Source: a virus
Taxonomy: Duplodnaviria > Caudoviricetes
Virus record (IMG/VR): IMGVR_UViG_3300042542_000922
Span: 1 to 27,002 of that record
DNA: 27,002 nucleotides
Direction: 5' to 3' (one strand)
The notes below the pieces were generated by a model. The model was given only the letters and a program-made list of their open reading frames with translations, was not told the origin of the DNA and made no database searches. The position numbers and the translations under genes were made by a program. This document shows, piece by piece, positions 1 through 8,829 of the stretch (positions are counted from its first letter, which is position 1; every line of letters starts with the position of its first letter).

Positions 1-73
1 GTTTTACGAAATGATTATGGAATTCATCCATTTTAATCATACCGTTATTTGGGAATAATGAATTGAATGTCAT
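1..73 (-). CDS. 5' end of a gene running off the window (MTFNSLFPNNGMIKMDEFHNHFVK...); probably a small heat-shock protein (Hsp20)
   Basis: ATG at 73-71 with strong SD AAAGGAG 6 nt upstream, open to position 1. Hsp20 identity is inferred only from the ROSE-like leader and heat-shock-like promoter; the alpha-crystallin domain is not in the window. Confidence 0.55.
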   Translation of the reverse strand, partial: MTFNSLFPNNGMIKMDEFHNHFVK

Positions 74-125
74 TATTATCTCCTTTGTTAAGCAAGTTAA
101 TAGGTCCACCCACATGATGCAACCT
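74..125 (-). promoter_or_regulatory. ROSE-like RNA thermometer (two-hairpin 5' UTR)
   Basis: Hairpin 1: AGGUU-G-CAUC-augug-GGUG-GACCU (125-102). Hairpin 2: UAUUA-A-CUU(G)CUU-aaca-AAGGAG-A-UAAUA (102-74), with the UUGCU motif pairing to the SD and a bulged G, the ROSE signature. Confidence 0.65.
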
Positions 126-131
126 GGGAGG

Positions 132-161
132 TATATAATGATTTATTTATTAATTTTCAAG
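132..161 (-). promoter_or_regulatory. Promoter cTTGAAA-N17-TATATA (sigma70- or RpoH-like)
   Basis: TTGAAA at 160-155, 17-nt spacer, TATATA at 137-132; the predicted start (~125) coincides with the first nucleotide of hairpin 1. Confidence 0.55.
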
Positions 162-725
162 TACTGATTTTTCTCTTATAATATGGCCAAGAACTGTGCC
201 TTTATGAATACCTTCTTTAATAGTGTATCCAGATGTTCCATTACCATTAATTTCAACTTCTTTACGACTTTTCATTAATATATTATTTTTCATTTCTATT
301 TCTTTATTTGCATAATTTTTAGCTATTGGATCAGTAAAAGTTAAAGTGTATAATTCTGTAAGATTATGTTCGCGATCAAGAAATTTATATTCAATTTTAG
401 TAGCATCAAAATCTTTTTTAACTTTATCACATACTTTTATTGGATCAAATTCAGAACAAGAATATACATCTAATTGCATAATAGGAGGTTCAACTTTATC
501 CCAACAATGCATTATGACATGAGATGTTTCAATAATAGCCCCGCCTGTAAGACCTTCATTACCAGGCATATCTGAATATTTAACGAATGGTCCCATTAAT
601 ATTTTCATCTCTATGCTTTCTATAAAATCTCTTAACCAACCTTCAAAGTAAGGTTCACTTTGAGGAGGCTTTTTAATTTCTGCTCGAACAATTAAATGTT
701 TATGAACTAAAACTTTATTTTCCAT
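150..725 (-). CDS. speD: S-adenosylmethionine decarboxylase (SpeD)-family pyruvoyl proenzyme with C-terminal extension
   Basis: HKHLIVRAE N-terminus, GLTGGAIIETSHVIMHCW self-cleavage region and QLDVYSC motif typical of prokaryotic class 1B AdoMetDC; about 65 extra C-terminal residues. Confidence 0.85.
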   Translation of the reverse strand: MENKVLVHKHLIVRAEIKKPPQSEPYFEGWLRDFIESIEMKILMGPFVKYSDMPGNEGLTGGAIIETSHVIMHCWDKVEPPIMQLDVYSCSEFDPIKVCDKVKKDFDATKIEYKFLDREHNLTELYTLTFTDPIAKNYANKEIEMKNNILMKSRKEVEINGNGTSGYTIKEGIHKGTVLGHIIREKSVLEN

Positions 726-760
726 TAACGCGTCATATAGTTTTTTAAAACTATAATCAA
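726..760 (-). promoter_or_regulatory. Putative SD-less promoter of speD overlapped by a 20-bp palindrome
   Basis: TTGATT (760-755) and TATATG (739-734) ending 8 nt before ATG, no SD; perfect inverted repeat TATAGTTTT-tt-AAAACTATA at 736-755. Confidence 0.45.
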
Positions 761-764
761 TAGT

Positions 765-986
765 TTATTTTAATAAACTGAAAGCTAGTGTGAGTAGAAT
801 TGCTATCGTTGAACCAAGTCCAGCGATGATCCACCAAGTTAGTTTATCAAACTGTCTTTCAAATTTAGAATGGTTGCGGCAAGACTCGTCCGTTAAATGT
901 TTAAGATCTCTTTTAATACCAGAAATATGGCCATAAAGAGCTATAATATGTTCTCCTGTTGTTTTTGGATCTCTACCGTTTGCCAT
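765..986 (-). CDS. Small protein with coiled N-terminus and one C-terminal transmembrane helix (holin/XhlA-like)
   Basis: 73 aa; hydrophobic LTWWIIAGLGSTIAILLTLAFSLL at the C-terminus; TAATG overlap with the upstream gene. Confidence 0.6.
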   Translation of the reverse strand: MANGRDPKTTGEHIIALYGHISGIKRDLKHLTDESCRNHSKFERQFDKLTWWIIAGLGSTIAILLTLAFSLLK

Positions 987-3900
987 TATGCTAGTCCTCT
1001 TTGTTTTAATCTCATTTGTTTTTCACTTGGGCTTAATAAAGCGTTTTCAGTTGGAGTCAATCCATTTTGTAATCCTGCCACCTGTTGCGGAGGAGGAGTT
1101 AAAATAGAAGCATTTGGCATTGGTTGAATTGATAATGGAGAAGTTTGTATCAAAGGTTCCTCTTCAAATAAATAATTTTCTATGTTTATTCCTAAAGAAT
1201 CACTTAAAGGAGTTTGTTGCATTTCTTTTTGTATTTCTCTTAATACAGAAGCCGCATCAATAAAAGGATTAGATTGTCCAATTTTGTCTGCGTTTTCTTT
1301 AAATTTATTTTGAATATCTATAGATGGAAAATAAGGTTCAAATTTTCCATTTTTTAAATTACTAAAAGTAGCAGGACTCAATTGTCTTTCTCTAAATTCT
1401 CTTAACAATGCATCTCCTTGTACTCCTAAAATTTCTGCTGCATTTATATTTTTAAACATTTCTTTTTGAACATTAAATCTAGCAACGTTAGAGGCAACAT
1501 ATTTTTTAATAATTTCATTAGGTGTTACTTTTCCTCCACTTAATAAACCAAAATAACCGCCTGTAAATTCTGTTCTAGCATTTCTAATACCATTTTGATA
1601 TTCTGATATTTTAAAACCCATAGTGTCTAATGGATCAACTTTAATTGGTCTTAAACCCATAAATCCCGCTAATTCATAATCTATTTCTAATTGTTCTCCT
1701 CTTTTTGTAGGTATATCTAAAGCAGCTTGTCCAACTCTTTGAAATTGTTTGTATGAAGGAGCAAGAGTCTCTCCTAAATGTAAAAATAAAATTTTAGCTT
1801 TTTCTGATGTTGGAGTTTGATCGGTATATAATACTTTACCATCTTTGGTTCTTCCTCCTCTTACAATAATATCAGTAGCAGCTTCTGTCCAAATAGACTC
1901 TGATATAAAAGGATTCATTACTTCTCCACCAGCTTCGGATACTCCATTAAGAAAACCCTTCAATAAAGTATCTCCATCTTGTTTTCCTTCCATAATATTA
2001 TTAAACAAAGTATTAAAAGGTCTAGCAATTAAATCATATGCATTAGAATGACTAAAATCTATGTATCTAAGATTTCCATCATCATCTCTAATTGGAACTA
2101 GAGTAGAGTTTTTTGACCATTCAGGTACAAATTGTCTTAACGCATTAATTTCATCTTCTGTGACATCATATAAAGCTTTAGCTCCTTCTGTAACTATAAA
2201 AGGAACCGCAGTTAATGTACCGGCCATACCAGCAATTCTTCTTGCTCCTGTCCTGTACATTACATTATCATTTTTAACAAATCCTTTTCCAACTTCATAA
2301 ACCCAAGGAGTTACGTTGCTTCCTACAACTGGTTTTGAGTGTTTTAATTCTTTTAATCCTTGTTCTGCAATACCTGTAGTAGTTCTTATTATTTCCGATG
2401 GAAAAGACATAAAATTTCCTATTGGAAGTAATCTTGCAGTTTTAACAAATGATCCAACATAAGCATAGTTAGGAACGGTATTTTTTACAATATTAGAAGC
2501 TTCTCTTTTTAAATTTAATAAATCCTCGGGACTTAATTTTAAACTATCTTTAGTAATACCTAATTGTCTTGCTTTACCTGCTTTTAATCTATCTAACTCA
2601 ACTACATAGTTAGTAATTTTCCAAACATCATCTTCTGCAACATATTTCCCTTGAAATGCTTCACCCAATTTTTTAAATTTAGACATAAAAGGTCTTAAGA
2701 TAGAATCTGTATTAGATATTTGTTCTCCTAATTTTATATCTTGAAGTAAAGCTTTTAAATCTCCTATTTGAACCTGTTGATTAACCACTCCCAATTCTAA
2801 TAGTTCTCTATATGCTTTTTGTGCTTCAGGACTTTTTGGTCCAAATTTTAAAAGCCCGGATAAATCAATTCCTTCTGAAAAAGCTTGTTTTAATAATTTA
2901 GGATTTTCAAACATAACTCCATTAGCTGCAGAAAAAGCTCCTCCACCAAAAAAATTTCTTAAGTGAGTGGGTATAGAAAAAATAGTTTTAGCCATTTGAG
3001 ATATACCTTTTGGGAATAATAATAAATTTCTATACATCCAACTTGCAACCTCTTCTGTAGGTCCAGCGGCATCTCTACCTCTTACAAAACCTGCTAATCC
3101 ACTAGGAACATCATTTGCAAGAAGTATAGCATCTGCTATTTCTTTTGTTGTATATTTACCTGATAAAGGATTGGCAATTTGTTTTGCACCAGGTAATTTT
3201 TGAAACACTTCGTCTACTTTAACTAATTCTATCCCTGTTTCTGATGAATTTACTGCAGCTTTACCTGCTTCTTCAGTATCCCAAAAAAAACCTCTTCCAC
3301 CTTTTTGTTGTATTTCTGTATTTTTTAAAGATATATCATCAAAATAATTAGCGGTTCTCGCTACAGAAGATAAATTAGTCATACCATTAAATATAGAATA
3401 TCTAGGATCTTCTATTTCTCCAAATAATTCTCTAAATACTTTACTACCTTTACCAGTTAATTTTTCAAATGATTTTGTTTTTTGTCCCATCATAGTTCCA
3501 TCTGTGTATTTTATGTCTGGTAAAGCACCCGGTTTTTTAACTTTTGATACTTGATTAATAATATCATCAACAATGTTTTTAGCTTGTTCAAAATATTGTG
3601 TTCCTTCTAAATTAAAGGCTTCTTTTCTTGCAGGATCTGTTTTAGATAAATATCTTCTAAATAAATTAATTGAATTTACATAAGCTTCATCTGTTGGTTC
3701 ATATCTTTGAAAAAATTTAAAAATGCCTTTAGGTTGTTGTTCAAAAATTTTATATGTTGTTCCAGTAAAATTTTGAATTCTATTTTTAAAAATATCTTGA
3801 AGTTCTTCTACTCCTTTAATTGGAGTAATTCCTTCTGTGTTTCTATTTAAAATACCTACTAAATTAGTAAACTCACCTCTTGCCTTATTAAGAGAAGTTA

Positions 3901-4936
3901 CAATGTTTTGACTTACTTGTTCACTTACATTTTTAGATGCCATACTACTTACCAATTCGTCAATTTTTTTAGGATTTACTGAGTCAGTAAGATCACCATC
4001 AAATAAATATTCATTTATTTGTTTAAGAAATTGTTCTTTTTCAGATTTAACAGATTTATCTAACACTGTTTGTGTAAATGGAAAAATTTTATCTACTTCT
4101 CGTGTAATGTTGTTTACTATTTCTCTTGAAGCATCTATATCCCTTGATTTTAATCCCGCTTTAACCATTTCTGATTCAAAAATTTCTTGAGGTAGATCAC
4201 CTCTAGGTCTAAATGGTGAACCAATGTATTTGTCAATCCATCTTTCAAATCTTGAATTACTATATGCTAGTTCCTTGCCGCGCGTTGCTAGAGCCTTAGC
4301 ACCCACACCAGCTCCATATACAAATGGAGTTAACAATATAGATTCAGAACCAAATTTAACTCTATTCATTAATTTTCTAACTGCATCCTCTTGCGATGTA
4401 AGTTCTTCTACTTGATCCAAAGCAGTTGGACCATCAAACAAATCTCCAAAAGTACCTATTTCTTCAACATCAGCTACAAAAGTTTCACCTGTTGCTCCTC
4501 CTAATACTCCCGCTGAAAATCTTTTTATACCTGCAGCTTTATTTAATTTATCACTTTGCAACATTGCTTCCATTGTGTTTTTATTTTTTAAATTTGCATA
4601 CGTGCCAGCTCTTTTAGCTTTTAAGACTTTATCTGCTAATTTTGTACCTAGTTTAAAACCCGCTGTTCCTGGAACACCAATAGATACTAAAGTTTCTGTT
4701 AATTTACCAATTGCTCTTTCTTGAGCTATTTCCTCAAATGGATTTATTTTATCAAAAAACTGTTCTACTTCAGCAGCTGTTTTTGAGTCTGCTCCTAAAT
4801 CAATTAATTCTGCCGCTAATGATACAACTCCTTCGGGTATTTTAAGTAACCCTGAAGCAATACCTGCTGCAGTTGCTGTATACCAACTAGTTTTGCTATC
4901 TTCTTCAGCAGTTATTAATGGAACAAATTCTGCCAT
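986..4936 (-). CDS. Large internal virion / DNA ejection protein
   Basis: 1316 aa, predicted mostly helical; last and largest of four coupled genes after the tail genes, the position of the large ejection protein in podophages; no catalytic motif recognised. Confidence 0.65.
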   Translation of the reverse strand: MAEFVPLITAEEDSKTSWYTATAAGIASGLLKIPEGVVSLAAELIDLGADSKTAAEVEQFFDKINPFEEIAQERAIGKLTETLVSIGVPGTAGFKLGTKLADKVLKAKRAGTYANLKNKNTMEAMLQSDKLNKAAGIKRFSAGVLGGATGETFVADVEEIGTFGDLFDGPTALDQVEELTSQEDAVRKLMNRVKFGSESILLTPFVYGAGVGAKALATRGKELAYSNSRFERWIDKYIGSPFRPRGDLPQEIFESEMVKAGLKSRDIDASREIVNNITREVDKIFPFTQTVLDKSVKSEKEQFLKQINEYLFDGDLTDSVNPKKIDELVSSMASKNVSEQVSQNIVTSLNKARGEFTNLVGILNRNTEGITPIKGVEELQDIFKNRIQNFTGTTYKIFEQQPKGIFKFFQRYEPTDEAYVNSINLFRRYLSKTDPARKEAFNLEGTQYFEQAKNIVDDIINQVSKVKKPGALPDIKYTDGTMMGQKTKSFEKLTGKGSKVFRELFGEIEDPRYSIFNGMTNLSSVARTANYFDDISLKNTEIQQKGGRGFFWDTEEAGKAAVNSSETGIELVKVDEVFQKLPGAKQIANPLSGKYTTKEIADAILLANDVPSGLAGFVRGRDAAGPTEEVASWMYRNLLLFPKGISQMAKTIFSIPTHLRNFFGGGAFSAANGVMFENPKLLKQAFSEGIDLSGLLKFGPKSPEAQKAYRELLELGVVNQQVQIGDLKALLQDIKLGEQISNTDSILRPFMSKFKKLGEAFQGKYVAEDDVWKITNYVVELDRLKAGKARQLGITKDSLKLSPEDLLNLKREASNIVKNTVPNYAYVGSFVKTARLLPIGNFMSFPSEIIRTTTGIAEQGLKELKHSKPVVGSNVTPWVYEVGKGFVKNDNVMYRTGARRIAGMAGTLTAVPFIVTEGAKALYDVTEDEINALRQFVPEWSKNSTLVPIRDDDGNLRYIDFSHSNAYDLIARPFNTLFNNIMEGKQDGDTLLKGFLNGVSEAGGEVMNPFISESIWTEAATDIIVRGGRTKDGKVLYTDQTPTSEKAKILFLHLGETLAPSYKQFQRVGQAALDIPTKRGEQLEIDYELAGFMGLRPIKVDPLDTMGFKISEYQNGIRNARTEFTGGYFGLLSGGKVTPNEIIKKYVASNVARFNVQKEMFKNINAAEILGVQGDALLREFRERQLSPATFSNLKNGKFEPYFPSIDIQNKFKENADKIGQSNPFIDAASVLREIQKEMQQTPLSDSLGINIENYLFEEEPLIQTSPLSIQPMPNASILTPPPQQVAGLQNGLTPTENALLSPSEKQMRLKQRGLA

Positions 4937-5949
4937 TAATTTCCAAATCGTTCTCTATTAATTTCTTTTATTTTAGCATCAAATGCTTCAAGTTCTTTTC
5001 TTTTGTCTCCTTTTGATCCTTGTGATCTAAGAGATTCAATTCTTCTTTGACGCTCCTCTTCAGCTTGTATAAATGCTTCTTCAGATCCTGGTGGTAGTTT
5101 TGGTAAAGATGGAACAACTTTTTTATCCTCCGATTTTTTATCTGTTTTAGAATCTGTAACTATAGGAGCCTTCGGTGTTTCAACAACATTAGATGTTAAA
5201 TCTACTACTTTAAAACCAAAATTTCCATCATCCCCTATTTCTAATCGTTTAGCTTCCCCTGTATTTAAATCATAAAAAATTTTACCTACTTTATTTTTAT
5301 TACTTTTTACAAACTGTTTAACTTTATAAGGATCTGTAAAATCAACATCAATAATTCCCCCTATTTGAGTTTGTCCAAATTTGTTAGCTATTTGATCCCT
5401 TGTTATTAAATCAAAAGTTGCTTTATTTTTAGCTCTATTTAAATCATTTTGATAATCAGGTAAATATTTTACAGTAAGAGCTTCTACTTTATCTGCCGTA
5501 CTTGTTCCAGATTTTAAAGTTGCAAGTCTAAAATCCGCTTCTGCTTTTCTTTTTGCAGCGTCTATTGCTTCAATTGTAGATAAAGCACCTGTAGCTGCAG
5601 TTAAATCAATTTGTCTTCCAAGTGATTCTTCTGCTGCTCTAGCTTTTGAAAAAGATGCATAAGGTTCTTTATATGATTCTGCAATTGAACCTAAAGTTCC
5701 TTTTCCTGCTCCTCTTCCAGATAATAAATTTAAACCACCTGAAATTAATAAATCACTTAAATCACCCCTAACACTAGGACCAGGACCTAAAGCTTCTCGA
5801 AGAGCAGCTTTATTCTCTAAATATTTTTTCATAACTTCGGGATTAGCGGTTCCTTCTTGATAATTTCTTCTAGGTGCTGCCATAGACATAATTCCCTCAT
5901 TTGCAGGTCCACCTATTCTAAACATTGGTCTTTTAAGTATTCTAGACAT
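4936..5949 (-). CDS. Putative internal virion / ejection protein
   Basis: 337 aa; N-terminal RPMFRIGG..EGIMSM motif, Gly-rich segment (ISGGLNLLSGRGAG), charged helical remainder; position in the ejection operon. Confidence 0.6.
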   Translation of the reverse strand: MSRILKRPMFRIGGPANEGIMSMAAPRRNYQEGTANPEVMKKYLENKAALREALGPGPSVRGDLSDLLISGGLNLLSGRGAGKGTLGSIAESYKEPYASFSKARAAEESLGRQIDLTAATGALSTIEAIDAAKRKAEADFRLATLKSGTSTADKVEALTVKYLPDYQNDLNRAKNKATFDLITRDQIANKFGQTQIGGIIDVDFTDPYKVKQFVKSNKNKVGKIFYDLNTGEAKRLEIGDDGNFGFKVVDLTSNVVETPKAPIVTDSKTDKKSEDKKVVPSLPKLPPGSEEAFIQAEEERQRRIESLRSQGSKGDKRKELEAFDAKIKEINRERFGN

Positions 5950-5951
5950 TA

Positions 5952-6818
5952 TTATTTACCAAATAATGGTGCTGGATTAATTTTACCATATATACCTGCC
6001 AACGTTGATCCAATACCTAATATATTTTGTAATGGACTTGGTGACGGAGTTATTGATGTCATTTCTCTTCCTGGATATCCAGCTATTAAAGGAGTAATTC
6101 CTGCACCATATCGTTCTGCAACATTTAATGGTTGATATGCTTGTTGTTGAGCTAATTGTCTTTGAGCTTCTAATATAGCTTGTTGTTGTGAAGTTTCTCC
6201 AGCTCCTAATGTTTGAAGTCCTGCAATTTGTGTACCTAGTAAACCTTGAGTTTGTTGTCCTAGTCCCATTGCAGCCTGTCCTAAATTTAATTGATTTAAA
6301 TAATTTTGTTGTGCAGCTTGTTGTGCTTGACCATAACCTTGTTGTTGTAATTGTGCTAATAATGCTGCTCTATTTCTATCACTCATTGATTGATATTCTG
6401 CTCTTTGAACACCTTCTCTTCCTCCACCGTAGGCACCTGCTGCTATTGCTTGTGCTGCTAATGCGGGTAATCCTTTTTGTGATTGAATGTCATATTCTCT
6501 TAAACTTGTATCAATAACCGCTTGTTGATATGGAGACATATATTGTTGGTATGCCTGTGGTCCAGTTGAAGCTTGCGCTGCTAGTTGAAAATCTTGAGCT
6601 TGTTGTAAATAAGGTTGATACCCACCAAGTCCTGGAGCTAAAGCTCTTGCTTGTTGTGTTAATGCAGATTCAGGTGCTACAAATTGTTGACCATAAAGTT
6701 TTGTTAAATCAACTTGTCTAGCTGCACCAATACCTTTTGCTAAATCTTCTAAATATACTTTACTTGCAGCTTCTATATGTGGTGCAGGTAATACTTGTTG
6801 TTGTTGTACTTCAGCCAT
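5952..6818 (-). CDS. Gln/Ala-rich DNA transfer (pilot/ejection) protein
   Basis: 288 aa; YMSPYQQAVID and AGAYGGGREGV motifs, Q-rich coiled coil, C-terminal hydrophobic Gly-rich segment (ILGIGSTLAGIYG). Confidence 0.65.
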   Translation of the reverse strand: MAEVQQQQVLPAPHIEAASKVYLEDLAKGIGAARQVDLTKLYGQQFVAPESALTQQARALAPGLGGYQPYLQQAQDFQLAAQASTGPQAYQQYMSPYQQAVIDTSLREYDIQSQKGLPALAAQAIAAGAYGGGREGVQRAEYQSMSDRNRAALLAQLQQQGYGQAQQAAQQNYLNQLNLGQAAMGLGQQTQGLLGTQIAGLQTLGAGETSQQQAILEAQRQLAQQQAYQPLNVAERYGAGITPLIAGYPGREMTSITPSPSPLQNILGIGSTLAGIYGKINPAPLFGK

Positions 6819-8755
6819 TATACTACTCCACCTGCTTCAAGTTGTTTCATTAATCCGTACATTCTCTGCGCTCCTTTATTAACATTACCACCACCTGCAT
6901 TTCTTACAGCGTTAGCAGTAAATACAAATTCATTATTAGATAACATAGCAGGTATATCATCTGCTTTTTCTTTTATACCAATTGGTGGTACAAATCCACC
7001 TTGTTTTCTATAATCTAATTCCATAATGCCTGCTTGGTTTTTTCTTGTTTCTCCCATTGGCATTGAACCATATTCATAACCAATTCTTCCACCATTAGCA
7101 ACAAATGTTGATCTACCTGCAAATGGATCTACTGCTTTTTCCATTGAATAAAGACCGGACAGACCAGGAGAATAAACTTTTGCTTGACCACCATACTGAG
7201 TTATATATTCCGCAACTCTAGGGTCATTTTGTGCTCTTAATCTATACGCATCATCAGATTCACCAGGTTGTTGAGATAGTGCATTTAAACCATAAGTAGT
7301 AAGTGCAAGTGTTTCATATGGATTATCTTTTGAAAATTCTTTAACATTAGTATATCCTCTACCAAGTGTTGCAATTGGATCTTGCATTAAATTAGTTCCA
7401 GTTTCACTTAAATATTGTCCTGCTTGTCTAGCGGTCATCATTCCTTTATCTATAAGAGTAGGTTGTGGCATACTTTGTGGAGTAGCCGGAGCTGTATATT
7501 GACCTTGTCCTGCATATTGAGATTCAGTTGGTGAAAAAAAAGAAGGTCCTGTAGTTGATGGTTGACCTACACCCGCATACTCAGTTGGTGAAAAATAATT
7601 AGTTGGTGAAGACGTAGCACCAGTTACCCCACTCGATAATGTTCCAGGAGATGTAAATACTTCTGTTGGAGTAGCTACTCCGCTTTTAAGTAATGATTCT
7701 GCACCTGAAGCACCTGAAATTCCTGCTGATGCAGGATTAAAATATCCAGTAGCTCCACCTAAAACAGAAGCCATAAGAGCTTCTTTAGGATTAAGTTTTC
7801 CTGTGGTAATTCCTTGAACTAATAAATTTGCGGCACCCGCATTAATTGCTCCTGCTAAAAAAGCATTTGTTGTTAAAGAGGCACCTAATCCTGCAGCACC
7901 AAACATTCCACCAGTAAAACCTGCACCTGCTGGACCTAATAACATGGTAGCACCAATTGTTAATGCTATTTTTCCAATTGAAGATTTAGTAATTGATTTA
8001 ATTGCTTTACCAATTGCTTTAAAAATAAAAGAAGGTACCCCTGTGTTATTAATATCTCTACCAGCACCACCCATTTTTTTTAAAACATTTGCTTCTCGTG
8101 AATTAATGTATGCTAAAAATTCTCCGCTAGGTGCTTTATTTTGTAACATTTGTCTTGCTTGTTCTAAATTAGTAAGACCACCTGTTGCCATCATTACAGG
8201 AGCTTGTTCCATTTGTTGATCAAATTGATCTGCTAATGCTTCAACTGCAGGTTCACCACCTTCAGCGAATGCTTGTAATATTTGTCTTGCAACTCTTTGA
8301 GCTGTTTCAGGATCGAGTCCTTGTTCTATTAATAATTGTATAATTGTAAGAAGAGCATTATCTCCTTCTCCAAGTTGACCTTGTATTTGAGGTTGCATCT
8401 GACCCTGCTGCCCGCCGCTTGCTCCTTGTGGCATCATACTCATAATTCCTTCAGGTGCTTGTTGCATCATTTGATCTTGCATTTGTGGTTGCATCATTTC
8501 CATTCCACCTTCTTGATAACCCATTCTTCCACCTAAATTCATTTGAGGTCTTCCTGTGATTGCAGTTGTAATAGAAGACATATTAAATTGATCATTAGAA
8601 GGGGCACCTAATGTTTGTTCTGCTTGACCTAAGTTTTGTGATAAATTTTCTAGTCTTGGAAATATAGGTTCTTCTTGACCATTGCCTAATTGCATTATTC
8701 CTGGTCCACCCATTTGATATAATTGTCTATACATTTGTGCTCGAGCTATTGTCAT
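6818..8755 (-). CDS. Internal virion / ejection protein with repeated xxGG motifs and membrane-inserting Gly/Ala segments
   Basis: 645 aa; M/Q-rich N-terminus, amphipathic IFKAIGKAIKSITKS helix followed by Gly/Ala hydrophobic stretches, C-terminal DDIPAMLSNNEFVFTANAVR domain. Confidence 0.65.
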   Translation of the reverse strand: MTIARAQMYRQLYQMGGPGIMQLGNGQEEPIFPRLENLSQNLGQAEQTLGAPSNDQFNMSSITTAITGRPQMNLGGRMGYQEGGMEMMQPQMQDQMMQQAPEGIMSMMPQGASGGQQGQMQPQIQGQLGEGDNALLTIIQLLIEQGLDPETAQRVARQILQAFAEGGEPAVEALADQFDQQMEQAPVMMATGGLTNLEQARQMLQNKAPSGEFLAYINSREANVLKKMGGAGRDINNTGVPSFIFKAIGKAIKSITKSSIGKIALTIGATMLLGPAGAGFTGGMFGAAGLGASLTTNAFLAGAINAGAANLLVQGITTGKLNPKEALMASVLGGATGYFNPASAGISGASGAESLLKSGVATPTEVFTSPGTLSSGVTGATSSPTNYFSPTEYAGVGQPSTTGPSFFSPTESQYAGQGQYTAPATPQSMPQPTLIDKGMMTARQAGQYLSETGTNLMQDPIATLGRGYTNVKEFSKDNPYETLALTTYGLNALSQQPGESDDAYRLRAQNDPRVAEYITQYGGQAKVYSPGLSGLYSMEKAVDPFAGRSTFVANGGRIGYEYGSMPMGETRKNQAGIMELDYRKQGGFVPPIGIKEKADDIPAMLSNNEFVFTANAVRNAGGGNVNKGAQRMYGLMKQLEAGGVV

Positions 8756-8800
8756 ATTAATTAATTATTATAGGCAGGCACAAAGTCCTGAAAACAGTAG

Positions 8801-8829
8801 ACTTTACTTGATTTCTTTAGATTCGTCAA
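8801..8829 (-). promoter_or_regulatory. sigma70-type promoter for the ejection-protein operon
   Basis: TTGACG (8829-8824), 17-nt spacer, TAAAGT (8806-8801), embedded in the last codons of the glycosyltransferase gene. Confidence 0.65.

Noticed and set aside
8071-8086. Slippery heptamer U UUA AAA and other A8/T8 runs (e.g. 3283-3290, 7534-7541)
   Set aside because: Expected by chance in an AT-rich genome; no useful alternative frame or stimulatory structure was seen.
8775-8790. Small hairpin CAGG..CCTG in the ejection-operon leader as a terminator or riboswitch
   Set aside because: Only about 6 bp with a bulge and no U tract; too weak to call without comparative data.
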